DNA from: the human T2T-CHM13v2.0 reference genome, Homo sapiens | DNA: 64,000 nucleotides | Assembly (NCBI RefSeq): GCF_009914755.1 | Contig: NC_060933.1 | Direction: 5' to 3' (one strand) | Shown: one piece after another, positions 1-13,002 of the stretch | Numbering within the stretch: the first letter of the stretch is position 1 | Layout: each line of letters opens with the position of its first letter | The notes under the pieces: model-generated | Database searches by the model: none | Told to the model about the DNA's origin: nothing | Seen by the model: only the letters and a program-made list of their open reading frames with translations | Program-made: the position numbers and the translations under genes

Positions 1-1231
1 TGAGACGCTTGTAGCAGAACACGCAAAACTGTTTGGCGGTGGCCCCCCCTCCACCTCCCACCCACCGCTCTGTAATTTCCCCAGGCAAGGCTGAAGGAGC
101 CTTTCTTGGAAAACCCCTGATAACGTTGCTACACAAAGGTTGGGAGAGTCCCTGACGGCCTGTGAGGGACCATGTGGGGCTGGGGGTGGATAGGGGAGCT
201 TGACTCTGCAGTCCCCAGGGCAGTCTGAGTCCCCAGTGCCTGGCGTGGGTGAGCTCAGGGCTGCTCCGTATGGGGGCATCCAGGCCTGGCTGCTGATGCC
301 CTGTGGCTGAGGACACCTCCATCTGCATGAGCCAGTTTGGAAGTCCAGCTTGCCCCCCAGGCAGTGGAGGCCAGTAAGGGCTTCTCCCCAGATTGACCAC
401 TCAGATCAAATTGATCCAGGTGTTGAGACAGAATTGGCCCCATTTTCTGCTAATTTCCATTCTCTGATTGTGCTGCCTGCTACAGGAGTCATTTTGGATT
501 TGGGCTGACCTGGTAGACTTCTGAAAGACAGTGCTCTGGGTTCAAGTTGTCCTCAGGTAAGTTATTACCTAATTGCCTCCAGCACCATCCCGTTCCAAAC
601 CCTCACTCCCTCTTCTTCCTTTCCCACTCCAGCCTTATCTTCTCTACGGTCCCTCTGCAGGTTGCGTCCAGCAGCTGGACTCTTCTAAGAGCGTGGTATC
701 AGTGCAAGATGCTATTTGGTGCTTCCTAGGTAGATACTGTAGTAAGTCCAGGTTTTATGGGACTGATGCTGGAGTGCCTGCTATGAGAAAGAACACAGAA
801 TTACAACACAATTTACATTCCCCCCCACCCCCACCTCTAGGAGGGGTTAGAATGTGAACTGCTGGCAGACTGAACCCACTGCAGTTCAAATCCCTTACTT
901 TGTCAAATTTAAGAAAAGGTATAATAATGATTATCTGTTGCTAAGGCACCTCTCAATACCATGAGTGGCCTGTGTAGGTGAAGGGTCTTTAGGCCTAGTC
1001 ATCATCAAGGCATGGAGGGGTCCGTGTCATAGCTAGTAACATGGTTCTAGAACATTTCAGAAGCACCAACACCATGCTTTGGCCATGGCATTTATTTTAA
1101 AATAGTATCCCCATATGTGATAGCAATACTAGAGGAAATACGTAACAGAAGGGATCTTCCCACATTCCATCATCCTGGCAAAACAGCTGCTCTCTTCTCA
1201 GTACAAATGCATGTTTCTAAACAGTTGTAAT

Positions 1232-1540
1232 GACAACCTTGGAGTGAGGAAGGCCTTTCTAAGAAAGACACAAAAACCTGGAAAAGATTGACACACATAA
1301 AAATAAAATAATGTGGGCAACGCATTTCCAAGTCTAAAGACAAATGGAAATGTGGGAAAATATTTACAACTCATATCGTAGACAAGGAGCTAATTTTCCT
1401 AATTTATGAAGAACTCCTATAAATCAATAACAAAAAGACCAATAGTTCAAAAGGATTAAAATATATTAATAAAAGTTTTCAGACAAGGGAATACAAACAG
1501 TTTTAAGCACATGAAATATGTAAGAGCTATATTGAAATTT
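1232..1540 (+). mobile_element. Old L1M (L1MC/ME-type) fragment, ORF2 3' region
   Basis: A-rich, with L1-like motifs such as 'gggaaaatatttacaactcatat' and 'gaactcctataaatcaataacaaaaagac'. No open frame. Confidence 0.7.
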
Positions 1541-1559
1541 TTAAAGAGCAGGGTTTTTT

Positions 1560-1729
1560 AAAATTTTATTTTTATTTTTTGAGACAGAGTTTCATTCTGT
1601 GGCCCAGGCTGGAGTACAGTGTCGCGATCTCTCAGCTCACTGCAACCTCCACCTCCCGGATTCAAGCAATTATCCTGCCTCAGCCTCCTGAGTAGCTGGG
1701 ATCACAGGCACCTGCCACCACTCCCAGCT
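1560..1729 (-). mobile_element. 5'-truncated Alu (right monomer only)
   Basis: Alu right-arm sequence with T-rich tail. 16-bp TSD aagagcagggtttttt at 1544-1559 and 1730-1745. Confidence 0.93.
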
Positions 1730-1749
1730 AAGAGCAGGGTTTTTTGTTA

Positions 1750-3436
1750 ATGTAGGAAATCCGAAGGCCCAAATTCTTTGTGGAAGAAGAATAAAACTGG
1801 ACTACTCACTCTGTCCGAAGGAAAGATCTGTTAGAAAGCTAGAGGAATTAAGACGGTGTGATGTTTGCACACGAATGGACAGATCAGTGTAAAAAAAGAC
1901 ATTGCTAACTTAAAAATCACACAATCTATAAGTTTGGAAAAGGAGACTTGATGGTTACAGCCATCAACGTGGCCATCCCTTAGACCAGGAAGCTTGCCTT
2001 TGGCCAAAGCCAGAGACAGGCACTCTGAAGGAGAGATTAGGGCAGCAGCTTTGTGCTAAATGGGTTGGATAAACATGCATCTTCAACAGGTTATAGGAGG
2101 AGCTAGGAGTATTCATGAGGTGGTCCTGATGCATGTGTGCTGAACCCACATGTATGTAACATACAACTTATGTCTACCTTGGGGTGGAGACTGAACATTT
2201 AAATGTATTACAGTCAGGCCCTATACGTCAAGAGGTATTTTCAGGACATGAAGGGATTCAAGTGCACAGCCTCTGTAAACCAGCCAGAGCCAGTGCTGTA
2301 GTTGTGGCTGGTGGAACAGGCGTTCAGTTACTCAGCCTCGGTGAGCTGGATGGGTTGTAATTGCTTTAATATTGCTTATCTCAAGGCTGGAGCTTGTTTA
2401 GCTGCTAGAGAAAGAGAACCCCAAAAGGAAGAGAGTTTAATGAGACATGTCTGACCACCTGTCCCATCATGGAACTTAGTTTTTAAGGTGTTTCTGGGGT
2501 CTCCTTGGCCAAGAGGGGGTTTGTTCAGTCATTAAGGGGTTTAGAATTTTATTTTTAGTTCCCAAATATAGGGTCTAGGAACAGTTATGTATGGTTATTT
2601 GTATGGATACTTGATTTATGCAAAAAAGATACTATAGTACAGAGGGAACATTTTCTTCCCTCAATAAATGAGGAATAAATTTTCTATCCATATAGAAAAT
2701 AGTTCATCTGACTCCCACCTCCTTTCAAACTCAGAATGAATTGCAGTTCTAAATGCAAAAGGCACAAACAACAAGACTTTGAAAAATAGAATATTTTTAT
2801 GACCTTGGAGCAGGCAAACATTTCTTAATCAGGACACAAAAGGTTCAAAAAGGAGAAATGTTGATAAGTAGGACTCTATTAAGATTAAGCATTTCTGTTC
2901 CTCCGAGGATAACATTACAAGATTTAAAAGGTAACCTCAGAATGGAAGGAGATATTTGCAATACATAAATCTGACAAAGAACTCTTAATCAAAATATACA
3001 AAGAGCTCTTACAAATCAATAGGACAAGACAAAAAAAAAATCAATGTGAAGCATTGGCACTGCCCAGAAAAGGAAATCCAAATGTCCACGAGCAAAAAGA
3101 GGTGTTCAGCTTCATTAGTCACCGGGGAAAACCACAAGGTGATATCCTCATGTACAGCCACAAAATTGGCCAAAGTGAAAAAAATCCCAAAACTTACAAG
3201 AGCCAGTGTTGGTGAGGGTGTGGAGCAGCCAACCTCCATCCACTGCTGGTGGAGGGTACGCACTGGTGCAGCCAACCTCGAGGCTGTTTGGCAGTTTCCA
3301 CTAAAGCTGAGCACACACCTGCCCTGTGACTAGGAGAAACAGTGTCTGGAAGGAATCAAGAATGTTACGTGAATGGGTTCACTTTGTGCATGCCTCAGTA
3401 TGTAGGATATACTTCAATAAAAAGTTTAAAAAAAAA
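1750..3436 (+). mobile_element. Old L1M ORF2/3'UTR fragment, interrupted by an LTR at 1888-2564
   Basis: Collinear L1-like motifs on both sides of the LTR ('gaccttggagcaggcaaacatttcttaa', 'gatatttgcaatacataaatctgacaaag', 'gtgttggtgagggtgtggagc'). Ends in aataaa plus an A-run at 3416-3436. Confidence 0.75.
1888..2564 (-). mobile_element. ERV1 solo LTR, MER39/MER34-like
   Basis: TG...CA termini. The right end 'ccttggccaagagggggt...ttagaattttatttttagttccca' is the reverse complement of a MER39-type LTR start. Confidence 0.75.
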
Positions 3437-3695
3437 GAGTAATGAAAAAAATCAAACTTTGCAGAAGTTTCAGAAATGTTTTAAAAATGTGGTAACACTT
3501 GTGTAGGGAAATAGGCATTCCCATATATTGCTTAGTATAAATAGTTTAAACAAAAACACTGGTCACTACCCACTAATATTTAAAATGGGAGTTAAAAATG
3601 ATGCACCAACTGAGAAAGGTCATTTGGCATTCTCCATCAACGTAACAAATGCAGTTCGACCCCTAGTTACCTCTAGAGAGACTTGCGCAAAATGA

Positions 3696-4795
<1,100 letters not shown>

Positions 4796-5912
4796 GTGAT
4801 GTCACTTTGTGTGTAAAGCAAAACTTTGAAAACAACTTCAAATGTCTCCTGTTAACTTAGGAAGATTCATTGAATAGTTCTTCATTTTGCCCCTACGTGG
4901 GAAGAGGAGCTGAGCTCAGTGTGTATAGTATGGTTTTTGGGATAGATTTCCTGTAATCATAAACGTCTTGATTCTCTGGGTTCTTTCCAGTCACTAAAGG
5001 CTATCATGAGTGTTAATAATTTTGAAAATAGATTAGTTGTGTAAATGAAAATATGTAAGCCAAGCAACTTGGAAAGGAGTGTTTGAAAAATTTAACATAT
5101 ATGCGTGTGTTATGTTGCTAAAAAGATTTTCCCTTCCTTGTAAAATGACATAGAATTTTCAGAGATATAAATTGATTATTTTTGAAGTTAAAAAAATCAT
5201 TCTTATATAAGGTTTGGTCACAAGAAATTGCATTGTTTTAAAATTTTTTAAAAAGTCATCTGAGGAGCAACAGAACATTACATCTTGCAGAAGATTTGAA
5301 AAGCATTTGGTGGACATGCATTTGCTGAATTGTCCCCAGGGAAGATCTCGGGGAAAGCACTGACTATAAATCTAGGCTGCAGTTAGTTTCTGTTGACAAA
5401 TTTATCCCTAATTGCTACATTGAAAATTTGTCTTCAGTGCCCCCTTGTATTTGCATCTGGATTGTGTGCGGTGAAATGTCCATTTTCATATGTTAAACCT
5501 CCCCATGGAAAGGTTGAATCATGAAAGGCAGAGCTGGGAGGGGTGTAGATTGCTCTGGGGGTTCTACCTGGTGCCAGTTCTGTGACAGAGGGCTGGGAGC
5601 TGGGGCTGGTCTCGGGAAGTCCCACCCTCCTGCTTCTCCTCTTTCGGTTAGACAACACTAGCTTGATCACTGGAGGAAGAACATCTCCATCTCCTTATTC
5701 TTCCCGGGGCCCAAACCAGGGGGTACTTATCTGGCCCAATGGTGAGGCACAAGCACAGAGGGAGGTGAGGGCTGGAGCGTGGGCCAGGTGCCTCCCTGAA
5801 GGCCGGGTCTTCCATCCTTCTCATCACTGTGGGCTTCAGGAACAGGGTTTTAAACTTTTGGTTCAGAGCCATTAGTGGGAAGTGACCAGTGTTTTTGTTT
5901 TTGTTTTTTTAA

Positions 5913-6517
<605 letters not shown>

Positions 6518-7395
6518 AAGATGCAATTCTTTATGGGGCCAGAGAGAAGTTCAAAAGCCACTGTTCTAGAAAGAGTTCTCTCTGGCATTTTATTGAAGCA
6601 ATTGCAAGTTTGAAGTCAGTGCTAGCAGTGTTTGGTAGTCAGGCCACCAGTGAGAACTCAGCTTCATCATTCCGGAAACCTCTGTGCTTTGCTCCCCTCC
6701 ATGGAAGAGCCTCACCAGTGAGCCATTTGGGTTCTCTTAAAATGAGACAGAACATCATTGCTTGGTGCTGATCAAGGAACACAACTCTGTCCTTCCTCCC
6801 AGGGAAGCAGTCGCCATAGGCTGGCACAGACTGGTGGGGTCAGCCCTGCATGGTGAACAGTATGGGTACCCACCCAGTGCCCCCACCCAGAGGCCTGTCA
6901 TCAAGAGAGATCAGCCTCTGAGCAGCCAGTTCAGGGGACATTGGTCATTGAGGAGATGAGGTGCCACTGCCACTTCCCCACTCCTCACCTGGGTGGCCTC
7001 CCAGCTCCCACCTCCTTCTTTACCCTCCAGACCTAATCCATTCCCCACTGGGTGTGTCAGACCACAAAGCCTCCTGCTTAAAGCCATTCGCAGGCTCGCC
7101 ACTGCTCCTAATGCCTCCCGGTGAACTCCTTGCTGCTGTCCACATGGCCAGCTCCCCTGGCCCCTTCTGACCTGCTCACTGTCTCCCCAGCTGCCCACCC
7201 GACCCCAGGCCAGCTCATGCCGCCTGAGCATCTCTGCCACACTGCTTCTGCATGCTTCTCCTCACCTTTGCATGCCCGGCTCCTGGTCACCTGCATTTCA
7301 GCTACACAGTGCCTCTTTAGAGAGCTTCCCTCCTCCCATCACTCCTGAAGTCCTGTCCTCTCATTGACTTGTTGTCCTGTTGATGCCCTCTTCAC

Positions 7396-7952
7396 TGTTC
7401 TGGCTGACTATGGCTGCATTTAAAAGCACCTCAAAGCTCAGTGGCTTAGAACAACAATTTGTTATTCTCTCCCATGGTGCTGTGGGTAGATTGGGCTTGG
7501 CCACACCATCCTCACAATGGTGAGGCTTCAGATCCAATCAGACAGTGCCCAGACCTGGAGTCTCTGAAACCTCTGCTGAGCGGATGTCCAAGATGGTGCC
7601 TTCATCTATGTGCCTGGCCAAAGATGTTGGCTTTCAGCTGTCCTCTCGGCCTGGGATCTCAGGAGTGCCCGTATGAGCCCTCTCCACTCAGCCTCTCCTA
7701 GCATGGTGGCCAGGTCCCAAGAGGGAGCATCCCAAGGGCCAGGTCCCAAGAGTTGACAAGGAGCTGCAAGGCCTCTGGATAGCCTGGGCTTGGAAGAATC
7801 AGAACTTGTATTGGTTGACAAAGTCACAGAGGTTGGCCCAGAGTCAAGTGGGAGAGATGAGGCCCTTGAAAGGGACTGGCAAGGCCACACCGCGGAAGAG
7901 ACAGTGGGATGCTAGATGTTATTCAGCCATCTTTGGAAAATGCAACCTGCCG
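7396..7952 (-). mobile_element. MaLR solo LTR (MLT1H-like)
   Basis: 'ctcagtggcttagaacaacaat' near the left end and 'gccatctttggaaaatgcaacctgcc' at the right end. Confidence 0.75.
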
Positions 7953-7977
7953 CTTCAGACTCACCTGAGGTCATTGC

Positions 7978-8038
7978 TTCCACTTCTTCCACTTCTTTTT
8001 CTTTTTTTCCTTCTTTCTCTTTCTTTCTTTCTTTCTTT

Positions 8039-8090
<52 letters not shown>

Positions 8091-8141
8091 TCCTTCTTTC
8101 TTGTCTTTTCTTTCTCTCTTTCTCTCTTTCTTTCTTTCTTT
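7978..8141. repeat. (TTTC)n polypyrimidine tract
   Basis: Directly visible, interrupted TTTC/TC repeats. Confidence 0.97.
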
Positions 8142-8307
8142 CGCCCACTCCAGTGGATTGGAAGCAAGAGCCTTGTCTAAATAACCCACAGTTGGGTTCC
8201 ATCACCTGGAACATCCATGCTAAAGTGGAAAAAAAAAAACCATGAAACTTTCCTGTTGAGTTTGACAGGGATATAAACTCTATCTGATTAATATCAAAGC
8301 AATACGT

Positions 8308-8726
8308 CTCTTGGCCTTAGTGCCATCTTCTTGGAAACCTCTGCACCGCGAGAGCCAAGTGGAGAAAGAAGCAAAAGCACAGACTGAAGCTCAAAGGAAG
8401 AAAGATGAGGCAGAGGTCCAAGTAAACCGCTAGGTTTTTGCACCCATGGAGGTGCCAGGAGCAGAAACATGAATGCCAGAGGCTGGAGATGCTGGTACAA
8501 GTTGTTGGACTGCATGCTACTGTCTAGAGCTTGTTTCAATGCATCTAGAACTTCATCGCCATCTGATCGCCAAGACCACCTCTGAGACCCACCTTGCTCA
8601 TGTCCATAACTGTCCATGTTAGTCCTTTGCCCTGGACCTGTGACACTCTGGACTATTTCTGTGTTCACTTGTGGCCGAGTATAACAACCGTAGACTAAAT
8701 CACCTCTTCTGCTGTCTTAGCTGAAG
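8308..8726 (+). pseudogene. RPL41: Processed pseudogene of ribosomal protein L41
   Basis: 8348-8425 reads [25 protein letters not shown] versus RPL41 [25 protein letters not shown]. The start codon is mutated to GCG. Intronless, with recognisable 5'UTR (ggccttag..ggaaacctctgc) and 3'UTR. The poly(A) signal has decayed to actaaa (8694-8699). TSD aagcaatacgt at 8297-8307 and 8727-8737. Confidence 0.96.
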
Positions 8727-8804
8727 AAGCAATACGTTTGGAGGGAGAAGCCTAAGTAGCCAGGATTGCTGTTAAATATTTAGGAGCAGACTGCGTCTGT
8801 ATCC

Positions 8805-8900
8805 TCATTTATTCTTTTCATTCAACGCATAGTAAATGACATTCCTACCACATGCCAGTAACAGCACTGGGTTCTAGGGATTAAAACAAATGTGAAAGAG
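8805..8900 (-). mobile_element. L2 3'-end fragment
   Basis: 'tcattcaac...cctaccacatgccag...cactgggttctaggga' motif. Confidence 0.6.
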
Positions 8901-8949
8901 CCCCTTTCCCGCCCCTGTTCTCTCTGTTGGTGAATCTCATGTGACCTCC

Positions 8950-9170
8950 AGTAGTGACATTACTTACCCTTTATCAAGCATGTGCTCCATGCCAGGCATT
9001 GCACTGAGATGGGCGTGCACATTGACACTGGTTTTTTGAATTCTGACAACGAGCTTGTCAGTTGGTTGTCCACATTTCTTTATAGACATGGATTGTGGCC
9101 TTTAGAGAGGTTGAGTGATGAGCTCAGAAATCTACAGCTCATTTTCTTTACGATTACAGCATGCTGCCAC
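8950..9170 (-). mobile_element. MIR fragment
   Basis: 'tgccaggcattgcact...tttatagacatgg..tttagagaggttgagtga' resembles the MIR core. Confidence 0.55.
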
Positions 9171-10284
9171 CAAGTACTGGTACCCCCGTCAATGGTAGCT
9201 GTTAGTGTTATCGGGCCTGCTGAAGTCACGTGGCCTCTGCTGCTACCCTGGGCCATGCACGCCATGTTCGCGTGGTGGCTTGGTGGGGGTCCCGTGGGCA
9301 GTAGGTCCAGTGCGAACTCATCTTATTTCAACAGTCAAGAGTCAAAAGAAAAGAGTCCGAAAAGGAAATCCAACCTATGACTAAGAAGTCCACAAAGTCC
9401 GTCAGGGGCTTTGTGTGAAAAACTAACCTGCTTAGTGTCAAGCTTGTTTATTCTTGGCTAAAAATGACTTCCTGTTTCTAAGAAAAGAGGCCTCTGGTGG
9501 ATAGAAAACATTTCTTACAAAACAACTTTTGCTGAGCTCAGGCCCAGTGACTCAATGCCATGTGGATTATATTTCCTATAAAATGCTCCAGGCTGAAAAA
9601 TCAAGGGTAAAAGTATTGGACAGGGGCTTCTGGAAGTGGGTTGTCCCCAGTGTAGACGGGGCTGTTTCCCCACACTCCTTCCTGGGGAGATGGAGTGCCC
9701 GGTCGGGGGAGTCCAGGCAGCGAGGATGAGAGGCCTTGCTTTCCCTTTGCTCTGGGGGCCTGGGGTTGTCTTCATCTGCTAGGGTCTCTGCAACGAGCAC
9801 CACGGACCATTCAAGGCAGCTTAAACAACCACGTCACAGCTTAAACATTCATTGTCGATCGATGCTGCAGGTGAGATCAGGTAGGGGCTGGGGCTCTTAC
9901 TGAACTTGTACCCTGGCCTCTTCCCCTTCCCTGCCCCACACCTCTCCCTCCATTTTTGCTATCCAGGAGCAAACCCTTTAGAAATCACATGAATCCATGC
10001 TTGAGCTCTGCTTCCAGGAGCTGGATTTATGGCACCAGCGTGATGCCGGGCACAGAGTAGGTGTGCAGGAAGTTCCTGTGAGTGAACGAGGAGGGGCACT
10101 TGCTCTCTCAGACACCAGGCAAGCTTCTCCCCACACGAGAGCTCTCAGATTCCCCACAGGTCCTGCAGGTGAGCAGTTTGTCCTCACATTACCAAGGAGG
10201 GGTAAAGGAAAGGCGAGCCATTTGGCCAGGCTGTGGCAGGCCAGGGATCTCAACACAGGTCTGTGTCACCACCCAAGCTGTATA

Positions 10285-10420
10285 GCTGTCCCCATGGCCT
10301 AGGTGAGGGACTTCACCTCCTTGTGCCTTGGATTTCTCATCTGTAAATTGGGAACATTGTTTGTTTGTGACGATTTAGTGCAGAACACATAGCCCAGCAG
10401 TGACTGCTAGCCCTGAGCGA
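10285..10420 (+). mobile_element. MIR fragment
   Basis: 'cttcacctccttgtgccttggatttctcatctgtaaattggg' MIR core. Confidence 0.6.
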
Positions 10421-10459
10421 TGGCTCAGCACGCTGGGGAGGACTAGACCAATACCTCTG

Positions 10460-10904
10460 TACACACGCACACATATGCGCACACACGCCACTCACTACAC
10501 ACCCATGTACATACCCCCCATGCACACATGCATACACACACACAGGTACATCCACAATACACCCACATACGCATATGTATGCACATCCACACACACTACA
10601 CACCCACACACGTGCCCAACCCCCATGTACATGCATGCACCTACACACCCATTCACACACCCTCATACATACACACATTCAGCCACATCCACACATACCT
10701 ATGTACATACCCACATATATACATGCATGCACATACACTACACATACACACACACATATATGCACACAATGCATATACACTCACACACATATGCACATAC
10801 AAGCACACCACAGAATGCACATGTACACATGATATGCAAGTACACAGTACACATATATATGCACACACATGCACACCTACATATCTCTATACACACATAC
10901 ACAT
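10460..10904. repeat. Degenerate CA/CATA-rich low-complexity tract
   Basis: About 445 bp of interrupted (CA)n. Confidence 0.95.
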
Positions 10905-12301
10905 AGAGGCAGCCACTCAGAACACTGGCATGTGGGTTCAATTAATTCTGGCTCGTGGCAATGTTGTTTGTTTAAGGAAGCTTACGGTGAAAAACAGTGT
11001 CACAAAGTCCCTGGGCTCCCTCCTCCCTCCGCGGCCAGAGCTACTGTTGGAGCACACGTGGGGCAGAAGCACAGCTCCATGCCCATGCCTCACAGAAGGT
11101 GAGCAGGCAGCTCTTTGGAGAACTTGAGGGTTCTCTGGGTGGCCCTGGGCATTAGGTCCCCTCTGTCAGTCCTTGCCACATGGCCATCCCCTCTTTGCTG
11201 GTTGCTGGGGACTCACATTGAGCACTGAGAAAAGCCCCTTTGCTCCACCCCTGTCTAGGGAATGCAGGGACTTTACTCCTGCTGGGGCATTTCAGGAGCC
11301 TCATGCAGGGGCAGAAACTCTGGTGGCTGCTCCCACTGCCGGATCACAGTTGGTGCTGTAGTCCTCCAACCTGGCCTGGTCTAGAGCCTCATCTGGCTTT
11401 TTTGAAGTGCCATCTTCAGCTTGAAAACAGAGCCTGAGGCAAAGGCTCCTGTGATGACTGCAGGGAGTGGAAGCCCAGGAAAGCAGGGTGAGGGGCAGGG
11501 GCAGGGTGGGGTGTCCTAGGAGGACAAGCAGCCACATGGCCACAGGCACCTGTGCCTCTTGTGGGGCATTTCAGATAGGCCGAGAGAACAACTGGGCTTC
11601 AGAACAGCCCAGCAGTGGGGCAGGGGAGGGAGGGAATTCCCTACCAGGCATCTCTCACCTCATCAAGACCCCCATAGCATTAATTCTCCTACACTCACCC
11701 TGGGGAAGCCAGAGCCTGCTGGGTTCAATCTGGCTGAGGGGTCAGTGTGCAGGTGCGGTGGCCCCTCTCTGCTAGTGGACACATGAATGGGCTCTGAGAT
11801 CCCTAGTGACAGTGACATTGCTCTCAGGGACCAGGGAGGCATGGCATAGGTATAGATCCAAGGTGTCATGGTAACAGAAGCCCTCACGGGAGCTATGGGG
11901 AGCTATGGGGAATCAGAAGCCATTGCCCTCACCTCCATTCACAAGCAGCAGTGTCCATAAGAACCATCTTGGTCCTAGTCTGGGAAGGTCAGGACCACCC
12001 CTTGAACCTCATTTCAAATAAGCATTTTCAGTGATGTGGATTCCTGGGGGTCACAGGTGAGACTGGTCCAAGGTCATTACTTGTACCCAGGTAATCCCCT
12101 ATTCCCCTGGAAAGTGGGACGTTTTAGTCATCTATTTCTGCTTAACTAATTATACCCCAAAACACAATGGTTTGAAACAGTAGCACTTATTACCACCCAG
12201 TTTCTGCAAGTCAGGGATCTGGGCATATACAATGGTGCACAGGCTTACCTGGGTCCCCTGCTTCAGGGTCCCTTGTGGTGTTGACTGGGACTGTTGTAGT
12301 C

Positions 12302-12598
<297 letters not shown>

Positions 12599-12635
12599 TG
12601 TTGTAGTCATTTTAAAGCTTGAATGGAGGAAGCTC

Positions 12636-13002
12636 TGTATCTCCGTCAGTTCAGGCTGCCATAACAAAACATAGCACAGACTTGGTGGCTTAAAAAATAG
12701 ACATTTATTTCTTACAGTTCTGGAGGCTGGAAGTCTAAGATTGTGGTGCTGGCAGATTCAGTGCGTGTTGAGGCCCCGCTTCCTGGTTCATAGATGGCCA
12801 TGTTGTCTCTGTGTCCTCTCATGACAGAAGAAATGAGAAAGCTTTCTGAGGCCTCTTTCATAAAGACACTTAATCCCATTCATAAAGACTCCCCCCTTAT
12901 GACCTAATCACTTCCCAAAGGCTCTACCTCCTAAAACGATCACGTTGGCATTAAGATTTCAGTGTGTGAATTTTGGGGAATGCAAGCATTCAGTCCATTG
13001 CA
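12636..13002 (-). mobile_element. MaLR solo LTR (MLT1A/A0-like) nested in the older LTR
   Basis: 'ggctgccataacaaaac..acagttctggaggctggaagtc..gacctaatcacttcccaaagg..cattcagtccattgca'. Confidence 0.88.

Noticed and set aside
5434-5450. CTCF-like motifs (also ~43109 and ~47953)
   Set aside because: Each has two or three mismatches in the CCAC/CCAG core.
8294-8668. 124-aa minus-strand ORF
   Set aside because: Antisense to the RPL41 retrocopy, with a non-ATG start and no recognisable protein. The sense-strand RPL41 frame itself lacks an ATG start, so it is not called a CDS.
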